Source: Octopus vulgaris (lineage: Eukaryota). Taken from it: a stretch of 64,000 nucleotides of DNA. This document shows, piece after piece, positions 45,668-60,078 of this stretch. The first letter of the stretch is position 1. The number at the start of each line of letters is the position of its first letter. Made by a program: the position numbers and the translations under genes. Under the pieces are notes generated by a model. The model ran no database searches. It was not told where the DNA came from and was given only the letters and a program-made list of their open reading frames with translations. The DNA lies in the NCBI GenBank assembly GCA_951406725.2, contig OX597817.1, positions 116,436,001 through 116,500,000 of the forward strand. The letters are read 5' to 3'.

Positions 45668-46176
45668 AATGAACGCCGGAAGATGAAATATATGACAATT
45701 TATTATTAATAACGGCAATTGTTTCAACACAACTGATTCAGGAGCATCCGGTAGTGCAGGTGTGTCTTATCGGGTGATAAACAGATACAACTCGTTAAAA
45801 TAACAGTTGTGCACTGTATCTTCTTATTTCGTAGAAAGAAAAAGCAGCAAAACGAAGGAAATGTCTTCATTTGTATAGGAGATCAAAACTAAAATCCTAG
45901 ATACAAAAAAGAAATGAACACGCAATACAGTGAGAAAAGTATTTAAAAAACTGTTAACAAATATGGATGTATAAATACCCTCACGCAAACTGCAGGGCGC
46001 GTGTACACGCGCTCATACAAGCATCGGTGAAAATGTTAACATACACACAGGTGTGGTTTGGTGCACTCAAGATCACAATGCAAGTTAAATAGCTACTAGG
46101 TGTTTATAAGAATGAGAGGTTAATTCATACCTTAAAATAAAGTATGTTAACAACTACTGAAATTCATTCATACCGC

Positions 46177-47013
<837 letters not shown>

Positions 47014-47767
47014 TCCAGCTTAGCGTGGGTGTTGTGTTAGGACACCGAATACTGTTGAGGAGAACCTCCCATATGGATGGATGTTGCATAAAAGCATTCA
47101 TATTTGTATTGTTGGCAAACGATATAAATATGTTTGACAGTGTATTCGATATTCTAACGCAAGATCCACGTTAATTTGGATATACGCTTCCGTTTTGGTA
47201 TTAAAACTGATTTTGTCGCTATTCATCATGACTATTAAGCATGGCCGCATTCTAAATGTTTAAAACAAAAGAATAAAAGAATTCAAGTTCTGCTTTAATG
47301 TTATACAGACAAATCCGTTTGATTATATCTCCTAAACAATTTACTCGACTGCATTTCGTATATGTGCATGATAACTACACTAACGTGCCTCTTCTATACT
47401 TGAAAAGCGATTAAGGAACATTATCAACAAAATGATTGTGTTTATTCATGATGTATATTTACAGTGCATCTCAACCAAAGAAGCAACTAATGCAAACCAG
47501 TTGCTTAGGATATATTTATTTGGATTTGTTCCATGTATACAGGTATTTAAATTCATTTAACATTGGTGATGTAAAAAATGCTTGTTAGTAATCAAATCTT
47601 TTATTATGTTCTTTATTTCGTGTTGGCTGAATAACACGGCCATTCAAATAACACTCCTTTCTCCTTGAAGGTGATATAGTCATTTCAAGTACACATTTTT
47701 CATCAAATGTTTCCTTTCTTCAGAAATGTCAATAAATGTTTCGCATCTCAAATATAGAGATGCTATG

Positions 47768-47839
<72 letters not shown>

Positions 47840-49163
47840 ACATACACACACAAACACAAGCACACACACAAACACACACACACACAAACACACACACAAA
47901 CACACACATACAAATGCATATGCATATATACATGTGTGTATGTGTGTGCGTATAAGTAAGACTCAAATGAATTAGGTACTTAAATAGAGGCATCTCGATA
48001 GGTTGAAATAATATATACACACAAAAATATTATGTAATTATAGCAGTTGATACATAAATACCGGTCGAATGATATTCTTGCGGCGTGCAGTGTGTGTAGA
48101 TAATTAGACCCAACTGAAATAGTAGAAGAATCACTGTAAATGTCTCTGCTCCGTGGATCTTAAACTATGTTAATCATTTCGAAAGTTCATGAAATCATAT
48201 GACGAAAATAGTTTCTTTATAATGATGTAATGTTTTCACGAATCAATAAAAGAAGTCGTTAGAAACGGCCGTAATAGATTGACACCTACATTTCTACAGT
48301 TACTCATATTTTATTCACCTGTCTCGGAATCTGCCCTTCGTAAATATTATGGACCATATATCTAATGTCTGAATAGCACAAGAACATATTTCGTCACTCA
48401 GCTGGGTCTAATTGTCTACAAACACCGCAAGAATATCATTCAGCCAGTACTTACGTACCTTATCAAGTTTCATCTTTACATATTATTGTTTTCTCCGTGT
48501 AAATTATTGCCTCAATTTAAGTACCTCATTCAGATTATCAGAGGTTGTTATACCTTGTTCGTCATACTGCGCTTGCAATTGATCCCTAACCACGCTCGTA
48601 TTTCTCCCCTTCGCTCAAAGTTTTAGTCCCTTGTAATGAGGCCTTCTGAGCGACCTTTCCTGATTTCTTGTAACTGTGCGAGTTCACCTCTTGTCTGTGA
48701 ATCTTGTGATATCCCAGATCCAGGAGAACTTGTAATTTCACTATTCAGTGATCACATCGTTCCCTCCTCTTCGTTTTCGAATTATATCATCTCGTATTTT
48801 TGCCTATTAACACACAAACATACAAATATACATATATGAAATAGACGGAGCAACATAGCAGCGTCAAAGATCCTGAAAGAAAAACAGCATCCAATATCAT
48901 GTATTGATGTAATATATTAATTTTCAGGGAAACATGAATCATCATAGCTTACAAATCCGACTTTGTCTTCGGTAAAAGGAACACCTTAATTCGAAATGTG
49001 AGAAACTTAACTTATGGTGTAGTCTCATAAATCATATTTGACTAATTTGTGGGGACTAGAAACCAGTAATAAATATTGTAAAATGTATTAAGTCCAAGCA
49101 AGCTTATGTTGATAATTGAAAATTCCGGTTTCACTAAAGAAGAATTGGGTTTCAACACACACA

Positions 49164-49225
<62 letters not shown>

Positions 49226-49299
49226 AACTCTTACACACATATATATATACACGGAAAAGTCGAACGATGAGAATGAGTGTTCAATGCTGCATTACTGTT

Positions 49300-49885
49300 A
49301 AGAATATCTTTATTTGGTTATTAATGCTACACTTGGTTGGATGTTAAAAATATCTTAATATCTTAATATTTATTCAAGTCGGTCGTCTGTATTTCTGACA
49401 AGCAAAGCTCCATTTCATATCGTCTTCGTCCAATGCCCATATCATTAGATAGGGATGGTACATGACTTTTATTTTTGTCTTTGAAAGTTGCCAGGATTTG
49501 TGTGCACGCTTCTCTCAACGGGTTGTCTATCATTCTGATATACGTCTTTGCTACTCTGTCGGGATCCGTGATTTTGGCCTTGTATATAATTTCTTTCTCG
49601 AGATAGTTGTTATTTAGTGGACAATGACTTTGACATCTACAGTTACATTGCCTTTCGGAGGTATTTCCACTGTATTTATTTTTACTGTGGTTGCGTATCA
49701 TGGACTCTATATTGGGAAGGCAACTATAGCTAACTTCAACTGTGTGTATGTTGAAGATCTGGTATTTGTGTGAATGTTGGAAGTGATTGTCTATTAATTT
49801 TTAGAATTTCCTAGCTATGTTAGCGGCTACACTAATGCTATAAGTTGAGCTAAACCATAAGATTTTCCTTTGTCTGCGTATTCTT
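49300..49885 (-). pseudogene. Penelope-like (Neptune-type) element C-terminus: Cys-rich linker plus GIY-YIG endonuclease
   Basis: RKILWF..Y, NIARKF..LID.HF, IFN..TV.VSYSCLPNI, CNCR....CPL, IIYKAKI...KTYIRM (decayed GIY-YIG). Confidence 0.85.
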
Positions 49886-50089
49886 GGTCTCTCGTTATCA
49901 TCTATCTCTTTCTCTCTCTCTCTATCTATATATCTCTCTATCTCTCTATATATGTACATATATATATAACAATCTTACTTAGAAAGGGATGCGTGCGTTC
50001 CGTCATATAATATATTAATAAATAAAAGATATGCATATATATATACATATATGTACGTACCTACCTCTACATGTATATATACACGCATT

Positions 50090-50390
50090 TATGAGTACAG
50101 GACACCAAAAAAACGTCGACCACAATGAGAAACGAAAACATAGACAAAAATCCAAGGAACTGGACATTTTTCTTAAACAACAAAAAAAAATAGAGTACGG
50201 GACAAATTACACAAGGAAAAACCCCTACTTCAGTCGCCATGGTTTCATCTACTTTACGTTTCGAACGTGAAGGCGAGACATATCTTCGATAGAAACTTTC
50301 CTTCCTGCGAAAAGCAAATCAAATAAAATTTGAGATCTATTTGCAGAGGGGTTAAAATGGTAACACTAATATGGGCATCTGCATAGAAAT
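50090..50390 (-). mobile_element. Penelope-like terminal-repeat fragment with degenerate minimal HHR (50251-50296)
   Basis: Minus strand GTTT-CTATCGA-..-TTC-GAAACGTA-AAGT; lies ~200 bp from the GIY-YIG remnant on the same strand. Confidence 0.4.
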
Positions 50391-51237
50391 TATATTATGC
50401 GGTGTATGATATCATACAAAAATCGAAATAAATTAAGTTACAGTCAATGTATTTTGGACATTTGGTGTTGCTGTGCATAAACTATTAACAAGATATCAGG
50501 AGCTCAGAAATTCTAATTTACGCCATTATCATTGTAGCATGATAGTAAATTAAATTGATTCATTTAAATTAATTTCATGAACATATGTGTTCGGTAATAA
50601 TCAATAAAGGTGTTGGATGAACTGCATCGATTTGTCCTTGCACGACGTTTATAAGAAATATCTACCGTAAAATATATTTTTCTTTCTTCTTGCCTATGTC
50701 CGTGAGTGATACTAAATTAAGAATATGAAAATAAACCAGAAAAACAGAATGATCTTCAATATCTATAACGCTTGAGGATATATTTTTTATATGTGTGGTT
50801 ATTGTGGTTGTACTTGAGTGTGACAGCACATGGATGATCGAATGCGATGCAATGTGCTTCATGCACGTAACAGAGTTTATTTATTTCTTCAAAATTGATG
50901 TTCTGTTCTATAATTTCTGGGAGATTACCTGCGTGAAGACATGAAATAATAAGACCTGCATCGTGAGCAAATGAAATATGCTGCTCAAGAATGCAACGCA
51001 CTGCGTTTAAAGTTATGAAATTTCAATCGCGAGTCTATAATACAAATAACTAGGCCACCCAACTTCAGCTAATCGAATATATACATACACAATACGCATA
51101 CATATAGGCACACTCACTCACACATATACACATACAAAAATATACACATGTATATATATGCATGTATATGTATGTATATATATATCTATATATCTATATC
51201 TATCTTTCTACCTATCTATCTATCTATCTATCCCTCC

Positions 51238-51284
<47 letters not shown>

Positions 51285-52635
51285 TAAATAGATAGGTAAA
51301 TAAATCATTTAATAGCGTATGTCCATAAGGCAGCACAACTCCGTACGCTACCGTTTAAGTTGCGAGAGTATTAGCAGTTATCTAAGCAACTTATAACAGT
51401 ATGACGTAGACATTAATAACCATCAAGTGATCATATGAATGTATTGGACGTCTTATATATATATATATAAGTTTTCTCTCACCCTCTCCCCTACATTTAC
51501 AACAGTGTGACATACATTTAGGTTCGAATTATTTGTCTCTAAGATATTTAGAACTGTAGACATAATTAAGTTGGAAGTTGTCTAAAGTCATTAAATATTG
51601 TGAATGACTACATGCTACAAATACAGCTTGATCAGGTGAACAGGATTAATGGTGTCGAAATACACTAGATACTTTACGTAGAATTAAACGTACTGAAAAT
51701 ATTTCATGCCAATTTCTTTTTGGCATGCTTCATAAGATCATACAAAAATTACAACCGGAACTTAAAATTTGCATTGGCAACAGATCAAAGTATGTCATTA
51801 AAATTTTTTCCCCATTTAGTCTAATCTTTAAAGGCTAACAAGAGAGTGCCCTCTAGAAATTCTTATTATTTTGGATATTTCACACTTTTTCTTTCCATCT
51901 CCACTTCTTTTCATTAACATTATCATTATTTCAATCAGTATTATCATATTTTGTATAACGTAAACATTGATTCCTGTGCCAGAAGATTTTAAATAGCTGC
52001 TGCATAAAAAAAAAAAACAGTTTGTGGAACAAGGTCAGATTTTCAGATTTACTTAAAATAGTAATAGCTCTAATCATTCGCGTCTATAATATTTTGGAAG
52101 AAAACATTAAATTTTATATCGGATGAAGTAAATTTTCATGGAAAGTAAGAATTTGTAATAGATATGTTTCAAAATAGCACTGGATTTATTTGTATATTTC
52201 ATGGTAATTTATTTGACAATCGAAAGTAGTAAGTATATAAAAGCTTGTAAGTTGTAAACAATATTACAGCTAGTGATTAATCACTTCTTGATATCCATTA
52301 GGTAAAAGTTTGTAAATTGTCATAGAATGTTTTTATTTAGTTCATCATAGGTTGCTAGGGATTGTTTTGCATATTCATTACAATTCGATTTGCTTACAAA
52401 TAGTATTAACAATTCGAAGCGTGTGTTCATATATTAGATAATCCCAGGAATATAGTCACAGGTGCAAGCGCTTTATCTATCAGGAATACTAAGCGGTTTA
52501 TCCCGTATTTTGAATTAAAACTATTATTATTCATACGCACCAGCGTAAATGCAATTCATGCACTTATAAGTTCAAGAGGCCCCCTAAGAACAGAAAGTAT
52601 CGGTATATTAACTCAATTTCAGTTTTTATTATTCA

Positions 52636-52778
52636 CTAGCAGTATAACCCGTCTTTTCTCGAGATTAAGCTAATCAGGTTCTTTATTTCAAACCAAACTA
52701 AGTAACAGCGACGTCAAATTTGGGCGAAATCCGTTGTAATTGGTTTATATATACATATATTTAAACTTTACGTAAAAC

Positions 52779-52841
<63 letters not shown>

Positions 52842-52842
52842 T

Positions 52843-52878
<36 letters not shown>

Positions 52879-53240
52879 TTATTTTATACTATCTAAACTT
52901 TCCTGTACATTCTGTTCTTTCCTTTTGTCGTGTCTTCCTACTCTGGATGTTCTTACTCGGTTTTCTCTAATCTGCACTTGTTACTTTCCCTCCCTCCCCA
53001 TCTATTTCTTTTCTCTTTTCGTCTTTTCCCATTCTCCCCGCTTTACCATTTGTCATGATAGATCGGTAACCACTACACACATTTTTTCTTTCCCTTTGTT
53101 TCTCTCTTTCTGTGTTCCTTTATGTGGAAGAGCGTAGGCTCGAAACGTTAAATACTTTTTCAATCCCCGAACGTTATACTAATACATGTGTTTTTTTTTC
53201 TACACCACATTTCTTCGTCTTTTGTTTTTTCGTGAATTCT

Positions 53241-53274
<34 letters not shown>

Positions 53275-53646
53275 GCAACACACACACATATACTCGCGCG
53301 CACCTATTGCATACATGTTTTTTGTACGCATACATGTTCGTGTGTGTTTGTATGTGCTGCCCGAATATCAACAAAGGACTTTTTTTCCTCGATGGAAAAA
53401 AACAGCAAAAGTCTTACAAAAATTACTCCTCGTTAGAAGGGGACTTAACTCCTGTTTGCAAACAATGGTTATTTCTCCGACTTGAAAATTGTTAAAAGTT
53501 TTGGTCGAAACTTTATTTTTACTGTCATTTTCTGGTGCCTCTATGAAAAATAAGTTGACGAAAATACAGCTACGTTCATGTCGAATGTCCTCCTAAAATT
53601 GCAGCGACATGCGTGCTAATTTGTGGACATGCATAAATTACATTCG

Positions 53647-53698
<52 letters not shown>

Positions 53699-53720
53699 TC
53701 CTGCCTTTTATATATACAGA
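52636..53720 (-). mobile_element. Non-autonomous Helitron with nested insertion
   Basis: Minus-strand 5' end A|TCTGTATATATAAAAGGCAGG followed by (TG)n; 3' end CTCGAGAAAAGACGGGTTATACTGCTAG|T; AT target. Confidence 0.75.
53119..53152 (+). ncRNA. Degenerate minimal hammerhead in a Penelope-like terminal repeat nested in the Helitron
   Basis: TTT-ATGTGGA-A-GAGC gtag GCTC-GAAACGTT-AAA. Same architecture as 34687 but the core is mutated. Confidence 0.5.
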
Positions 53721-53838
53721 TTAATATGGTTAATTGCGAAATTCAGTTCACCATAATGATCCGTGCCAACAATCCGTGCTGATAGTCCATGCCAGCAGTC
53801 AGTCTAGATGAGATTAATTTGTTTAATTTCTCAGATTA

Positions 53839-53888
<50 letters not shown>

Positions 53889-55572
53889 CAAAATCAAACG
53901 CGACTATCGTAAAGAAAACTCGTATGATATTAGGTTTACTTTAGAGCTGACCGGCAATTAGATAAGAAGCAGCAATCAATCTGGTTGTGCTTATATACGA
54001 AGCAAGAATTTCGAGTAACTAGCTCCAACCTTATTATAATTCTGTTTTTAAAAACACAAATTCGCAGTCTAGGTAGATTATAATAAAATCAACCTCATTT
54101 GAACTACGTTGAGGTATACAACTGTGTTTATATCTGCAGTGTTTCCTATTGCAAAGCTCCAGGAATATCTTTCAAAATGTAATTTCTGATCTTTACCTAA
54201 AAGTTTTCAGGCATATTTTAATTTGCTGGAGGAAGTGGGTTCAGTACACTTTTGACATTTAGTATCATTAATCAATTTATTTTCTCTAGTAAAGGGAAAC
54301 TTAAGCTGATGGATTATTTTATATAATATCTGATAACTTTTCCATGACCTTCTCACGACATATCCTTGCCGTAATTTTAACAACAGGATATCAGTATTCG
54401 ACCAATGCCAGCAGAATATATGTTATATGCTGAAATTTAATATACTTTCAATTATTGTGACTCATCTATTGAAATCCCTAACTTTTGATATACAGTATTT
54501 CAGTTCAGCTTTATGGCACTTTGATCTCGTATAAATATATTCTAATTAGCACCAAACAGTAATTCGAACCCGATTACAGAGGTCGAATAACACGTTAGTT
54601 CAAAAGACAAATTTACCTATAACGTGAATTCGAAAGAGCTTCTCTTGTTCAATTAGGAGAAAGTGATTTATGGTTATTGATCTTCCTTCCACCTATCTAT
54701 TGGGACGAAAAATATCTTTTCACGCTTCAAATTTTATACATCATAAATAAAATTACAATTTCAACATAAATCGATTTTCCTTTCCTCCCCTTTGATAGAA
54801 AAATCTAGACTAAAGATTCTAAATTTGTAATGTAATGATTTATTTCTTAGTCACCAGAGCAATATATTGAGAGAGAGCGAAAAGAGAGAGAGAGAGAGCG
54901 AAAAGAGAGAGAGAGAGCGAAAAGAGAGAGAGAGAGAGAGAAAGGTACACTTCAATTAATCAACTACCTGGTATTATGGGTACTTGTCAATATGAGGGTG
55001 GTCGTAAGATAAGAACAAATGAGAGAAATATTGTATTCAATGAAATTTATCACGAAAGAGCCTAGAAATAGTCACGTATCATATATACTTCATAAAGTCA
55101 TCAATCTATGACATAGATATTTTAAAATGGAAACGAGCTTTTCATAATTGTAGGAGAAAATAAATTCAATTTAAAATGCAATATTCTTTGAATTGAAATG
55201 TATTTGTAAATGGAAATGTAGTTTAGTGTGATGGTGTATATGAACGAATACGGAAATAACATGCCCCCACAAAATTACAATTTTAAGGAAGACGTAATAA
55301 TATAGATATTTCAATTTATTTCCCTATTTAAAAAGTGAAGATCATATTTACATATTGTATAACTTTCTTAGACGTCAGTGGGAAATGCAAAGCAATATGA
55401 TTCGAAAATAGGGGCTTTTCAATTGTATGAACAAATGCGTACCTTAAATGTTTCTACGTAAAATGTTTAAATAATTTCTTAATTCAATAGGAGGCAAAAA
55501 CATAGCTAAACCAAAATGACATGGTATATTTCTGCTCAACATTCATTTAAATTCAAATATTTTGTTGAGTAT

Positions 55573-55781
55573 GTTAGCAAGCTGGCAGAGTGGTTATTAA
55601 AGCAAACATAATGCTTAGCTGCGTTTCATTCGTCATTACGTTCTGAGTTCAAATTGCACTAAAGTCGACTTTGCTGTTCATTCTTTTCGGGTCGATAAAG
55701 TAAGTACTAGTTGAGCACGGGGATCAATGTTATTTACTTGCTCTTCACCTAAATTCCTGGCCTTGTTCCAAAATTTGAAAT
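55573..55781 (+). mobile_element. SINE family A
   Basis: GCAAGCTGGCAGA..ATGCTTAGC..TACGTTCTGAGTTCAAATT..GTCGACTTTGC..GGGTCGATAAA. Confidence 0.8.
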
Positions 55782-55972
55782 TACTATTTTGTTTGAGCGT
55801 CGTCATATTTTCTTATTTTGTCTTCTTTGGTTATTTTTATTCATTTTACCATCGATATTTATTCCTCGGTATTATTGTTTATGTCAGCTTCTCTCTTCCT
55901 CTATCACAGTCACACACTCTCTCTCTCTCTCCATCTATTTGTCTATCTCCCTCTATTTCCCTCTATCTATTT

Positions 55973-56008
<36 letters not shown>

Positions 56009-56036
56009 ATACATATGTATATATATATAAACAAAC

Positions 56037-56168
56037 GCAGGCGTGGGTATGTTGCAAGAAACCTACTTCCCAACCGCATGGTTCCGGATTCAGTCCTACT
56101 GAGTGGTTCCTTGGGCAAGTGCCGACCAAAGACTTGTGAGTTGATTTGGTAGATAGAAACTAAAAGAA
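56037..56168 (+). mobile_element. SINE family B, 5' part
   Basis: GGTTCCGGATTCAGTCCTACTG..CCTTGGGCAAGTG..CCGACCAAAGACTTGTGAG..GATTTGGTAGA. Confidence 0.75.
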
Positions 56169-56193
56169 AAGTATCATCGTGTATATGTGTGTA

Positions 56194-56272
<79 letters not shown>

Positions 56273-56312
56273 ATATATATATATATACCCGTCTATCTAT
56301 CTATCTATCTAT

Positions 56313-56389
<77 letters not shown>

Positions 56390-56537
56390 ATTGATCTTAG
56401 ATGTCGTTTTGACTGCTCCTTCTAGCGTGTAAAAATTACCTCTTAAAGGTAGTTTTCTCTTGTGTTTAAATGTACACTATTTTATATTGAGTATATATAT
56501 ATATATATATATAAGTATCATCGTGTATATGTGTGTA

Positions 56538-56611
<74 letters not shown>

Positions 56612-56773
56612 CCTATCTATCTACCTATCTATTTAGCTATCTATCTATCTATCTCTATATATATATTCATAATTGATCTTAAATGTCGTTTTGACTGCTT
56701 CTTCTAGCGTGTAAAAATTACCTCTTAAAGGTAGTTTTCTCTTGTGTTTAAATGTACACTATTTTATATTGAG

Positions 56774-56800
<27 letters not shown>
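56169..56800. repeat. Tandem duplication containing microsatellites (56169-56512, 56513-56800)
   Basis: Unique parts are almost identical (AAGTATCATCGTG...; ATAATTGATCTTA..GAGTATATA) while the (CTAT)n/(CT)n/(TA)n lengths differ. Confidence 0.9.
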
Positions 56801-56804
<4 letters not shown>

Positions 56805-57010
56805 CCAAGAGAGTTAGAGGTTGTGAATACAACCAACTAAGAGATAATATCTATCCAATACACTGCTGGCAAATACCCAATTATAAATACACCAGTATTT
56901 TTCCATTGTATGGCAATTACACTATTGAGTGTAATAAATGGGTGAGGGTAAAAAGTTGTTTTACCCTTAATTTATACGGCAATAAGAAAATGGAGGGGAT
57001 GAAGAGATGT

Positions 57011-57338
57011 TATTCATCAACTTCAGACATTATAATGAACCTATTCATTTAATAAAACAATTATAGCTATATACATATATGTATAACATATAATGCTTTA
57101 CATGTGTAATATATAAAATACCAGTAATCATTAAAATATATAACTTAGAACATAGAAAGTAGAATATAGAATGTAGAACATTCTACTTTCTATGTTCTAC
57201 GTTATAAATTTTAATAATTACTGGTATTTTTTATATATTATATATGTAAAGCCTAATATGTTATACATGTATGTATATTGTAATAATTGTGTTTTTTTAA
57301 TAAATTAACTTAATATAATGTCTAAAAGTTGATGAATA
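57011..57338. repeat. Degenerate AT-rich palindrome (~155-bp arms, 14-nt spacer)
   Basis: TATTCATCAACTT..ATACCAGTAAT..AGAACATAGAAAGTAGAAT mirrors ATTCTACTTTCTATGTTCT..ATTACTGGTAT..AAGTTGATGAATA. Confidence 0.85.
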
Positions 57339-57342
57339 CCAC

Positions 57343-57418
<76 letters not shown>

Positions 57419-57489
57419 TATTTGTGTGCACATATATATATATATGTGTGTGTATGTATATATTTATGTGTATGTGTTTTTGGGGTCAG

Positions 57490-57822
57490 TCTCTGCCCCC
57501 ACCAACACTTGACAACCGATTCGGTTCGACAAAAGACACCTTTAGAATAAGTACTTAGCTTACAAAGAATAAGTCTTGGGATTGATTTCTTCGACTAAAA
57601 ATCCCTGCAAGGTAGTGCTTCAGCATGGCTGAAGTCAAATGATTGAAACAAATAAAAGAATAAAAGAACATATACACGACGGTCTTCTTTCAGCTTCCGT
57701 CTACTGAATCCACTGACAAGGCTTTGATCGACCCGAGGCTATAAGTAGAAGATACTTGCCCAAGGTGGCAGGAAGTGGGACTGAACCTAGCACCATGTGG
57801 CTGGAAAGCAAGATTCTTACAA
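57490..57822. mobile_element. SINE family B: 3' half on + (57490-57668) abutting 5' half on - (57676-57822)
   Basis: Tail CTTGACAACCGA..CAGCATGG..AAAAGAATAAAAGAA is followed by the reverse-complemented head (CTTGCCCAAGG..GGGACTGAACC). Confidence 0.8.
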
Positions 57823-58816
57823 ATATACATACATATCTGTGTGTGTATGTCTGTGTGCGTGCGCATGTATGTATGTATATATGGTATAGATAGAAATATA
57901 GATATATATACGCGCATACATGTGTGTGTTTTATTTTTATTTTTCAAATGAATTCTACTTTCTCTCGTACTTAATTTCTCTGCATTCTCCTCAGTTTGCT
58001 ATAATAGAAAATATCCTGTCTCCAAAACTTTTACCTTCCGTACTCAATTACCTGTTACTCTCTCTCACTTTGCTTTTCGCCCCTCCTCTTTAGTTAAGAA
58101 ATCTCATTGGCATGCCCGGCTTATCGTACAAACTGCTGAGACAGTGAATGTCCCAGCGTTCAAAGCATCTGTTCTGCCACTTTTGTAACTCACTATTTCT
58201 CCATCCATTCAACTCTAAAATCGGTTACTTCTTTCTTCGTGCACTTGGCAAACAAAGGAACCATCAGTCAAAAACAAAAGCCAAAACTTGTTATCTGATA
58301 TTGATATCTATCATTTGTGTATGTCATATATGGTAAAAAAATAACCTTCTGTTGGTAAAGATACTCACGATAGTGAAGTTGCCTGCAGTGACGTCAGTCT
58401 TGATACAGTGACGTCAGTCGTGATACAGAGATAGAGAAAAACACATGCAAAAACGGATTTGAGAAGGTGAAAAAGAAATTAAAACAGAAGATTCTGAGAA
58501 ATGAGATGTTGAATTAAACTGAAAAATGAAGTAGGCAAGTTATGGGGATTTTAAACGCGAAGAGGAAGAACGAAGAAAGAATATGAAAACTTAGAATAGA
58601 TTGTAATGTGACTACCAGTTTAGTTATAACATTCTCTTACCCTCACTCCCTTCTCACTCCGCTTTTATTAGAAAGGTTTCTTGAATTGTATCTTAATTAA
58701 TAGAGAAAACATCATTAACTAAAAGCATTATTTCGCGACAAGAACGTAGATGTGCCTACAACTGCATGGATGTATATATGTATGTATGTTTGTATGTATC
58801 TCTCTCTTATATATAA

Positions 58817-58871
<55 letters not shown>

Positions 58872-59557
58872 CATACATACTAATCAGTTTGTTCGGATCC
58901 TAACGATCGTGTTTATTATTAGCTCAATTGCTTACAGCATATAATTGAGTATTGGTGTTGACTGTAGGATTAGAAATAAATTAATATCCAGATTTTATCA
59001 TCCAATCAGAACATTAAATTACTTGATATTATTAAACCATACTAGGTATTCTGTAACTCGATTTCTGTAGCAGCTTTAATTATATATGTCATGAGTTAAA
59101 GAAATTAAAATAACTGAAGACAACAGGACAATGACAGTCCAATACATGGTACAATGTATCAATAGCATGGTAATTATTTGTTTTTTGCAATTAGTGTATT
59201 GTGCATTCTGAACTATCGGTGGAAAACTGTCGGCTATTCAGAGACTCTATACCTAGCAAACGTTTCAACGAGTACACTTTCATCATATCAGTCGTAGGAA
59301 GAGTTAAAACGAGACTCAGGCAATCAAACATCGTTAATCTAGTGTCATCAGCTTATTCGGAAAGATGTGTGTGGGAACGATCTCTATTTACAATTGACCT
59401 TATAACATTTGGTATATATTCTGGCACAAGCACGATTTGCGATGTATCTCGAACACTAAGTAAATATAAAACGAATTAATTGCAGCTTCACACTAAGAAA
59501 GATTAGTAACATTACACACACACACACACATAGACACATACATACATATATATATAT

Positions 59558-59624
<67 letters not shown>

Positions 59625-59650
59625 GTTACAATATAAATCCATCAAGGGAG

Positions 59651-60078
59651 GGCGGCAAGCTGGCAGAAACGTTAGTACGCTGGGTGAAGTGCTTAGCGGT
59701 ATTTCGACTGTCTTTACGTTTTGAGTTCAAATTCCGCCAAGGTCGACTTTCCCCTTCATAATTTCCGGCTCCGTAAATTAAGTACCAGCTACGCACTGGG
59801 GTCAATGTAATCGACTTAATCCCTTTGTCTGTCCGTGTTTGTCCCCCCTATGTTTAGCCCTTGTGGGCAATAAAGAAATAAGAAACGTTACCACACTGCG
59901 TAAAGTGCTTAGAGGTATTTCGACTGTCTTTGTGTTTTGTGCTCAAATTCCTCCGAGGTCGCCTTTGCCTTTCATCCTTTCGGGGTCGATAAATTAAATG
60001 CCAGTCGCGTGCTGGGGTCGATCTAATCGACTGGCCCCTCCCCCAAATTTCGGGCTTTGTACCTAGAACAGAAAAGAA
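59651..60078 (+). mobile_element. Dimeric tRNA-derived SINE, family A
   Basis: Two related monomers (59651-59880, 59882-60078), each GAAACGTTA..GTGCTTAG..GTATTTCGACTGTCTTT..TCAAATTCC..AGGTCG..CTGGGGTC. Confidence 0.88.
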
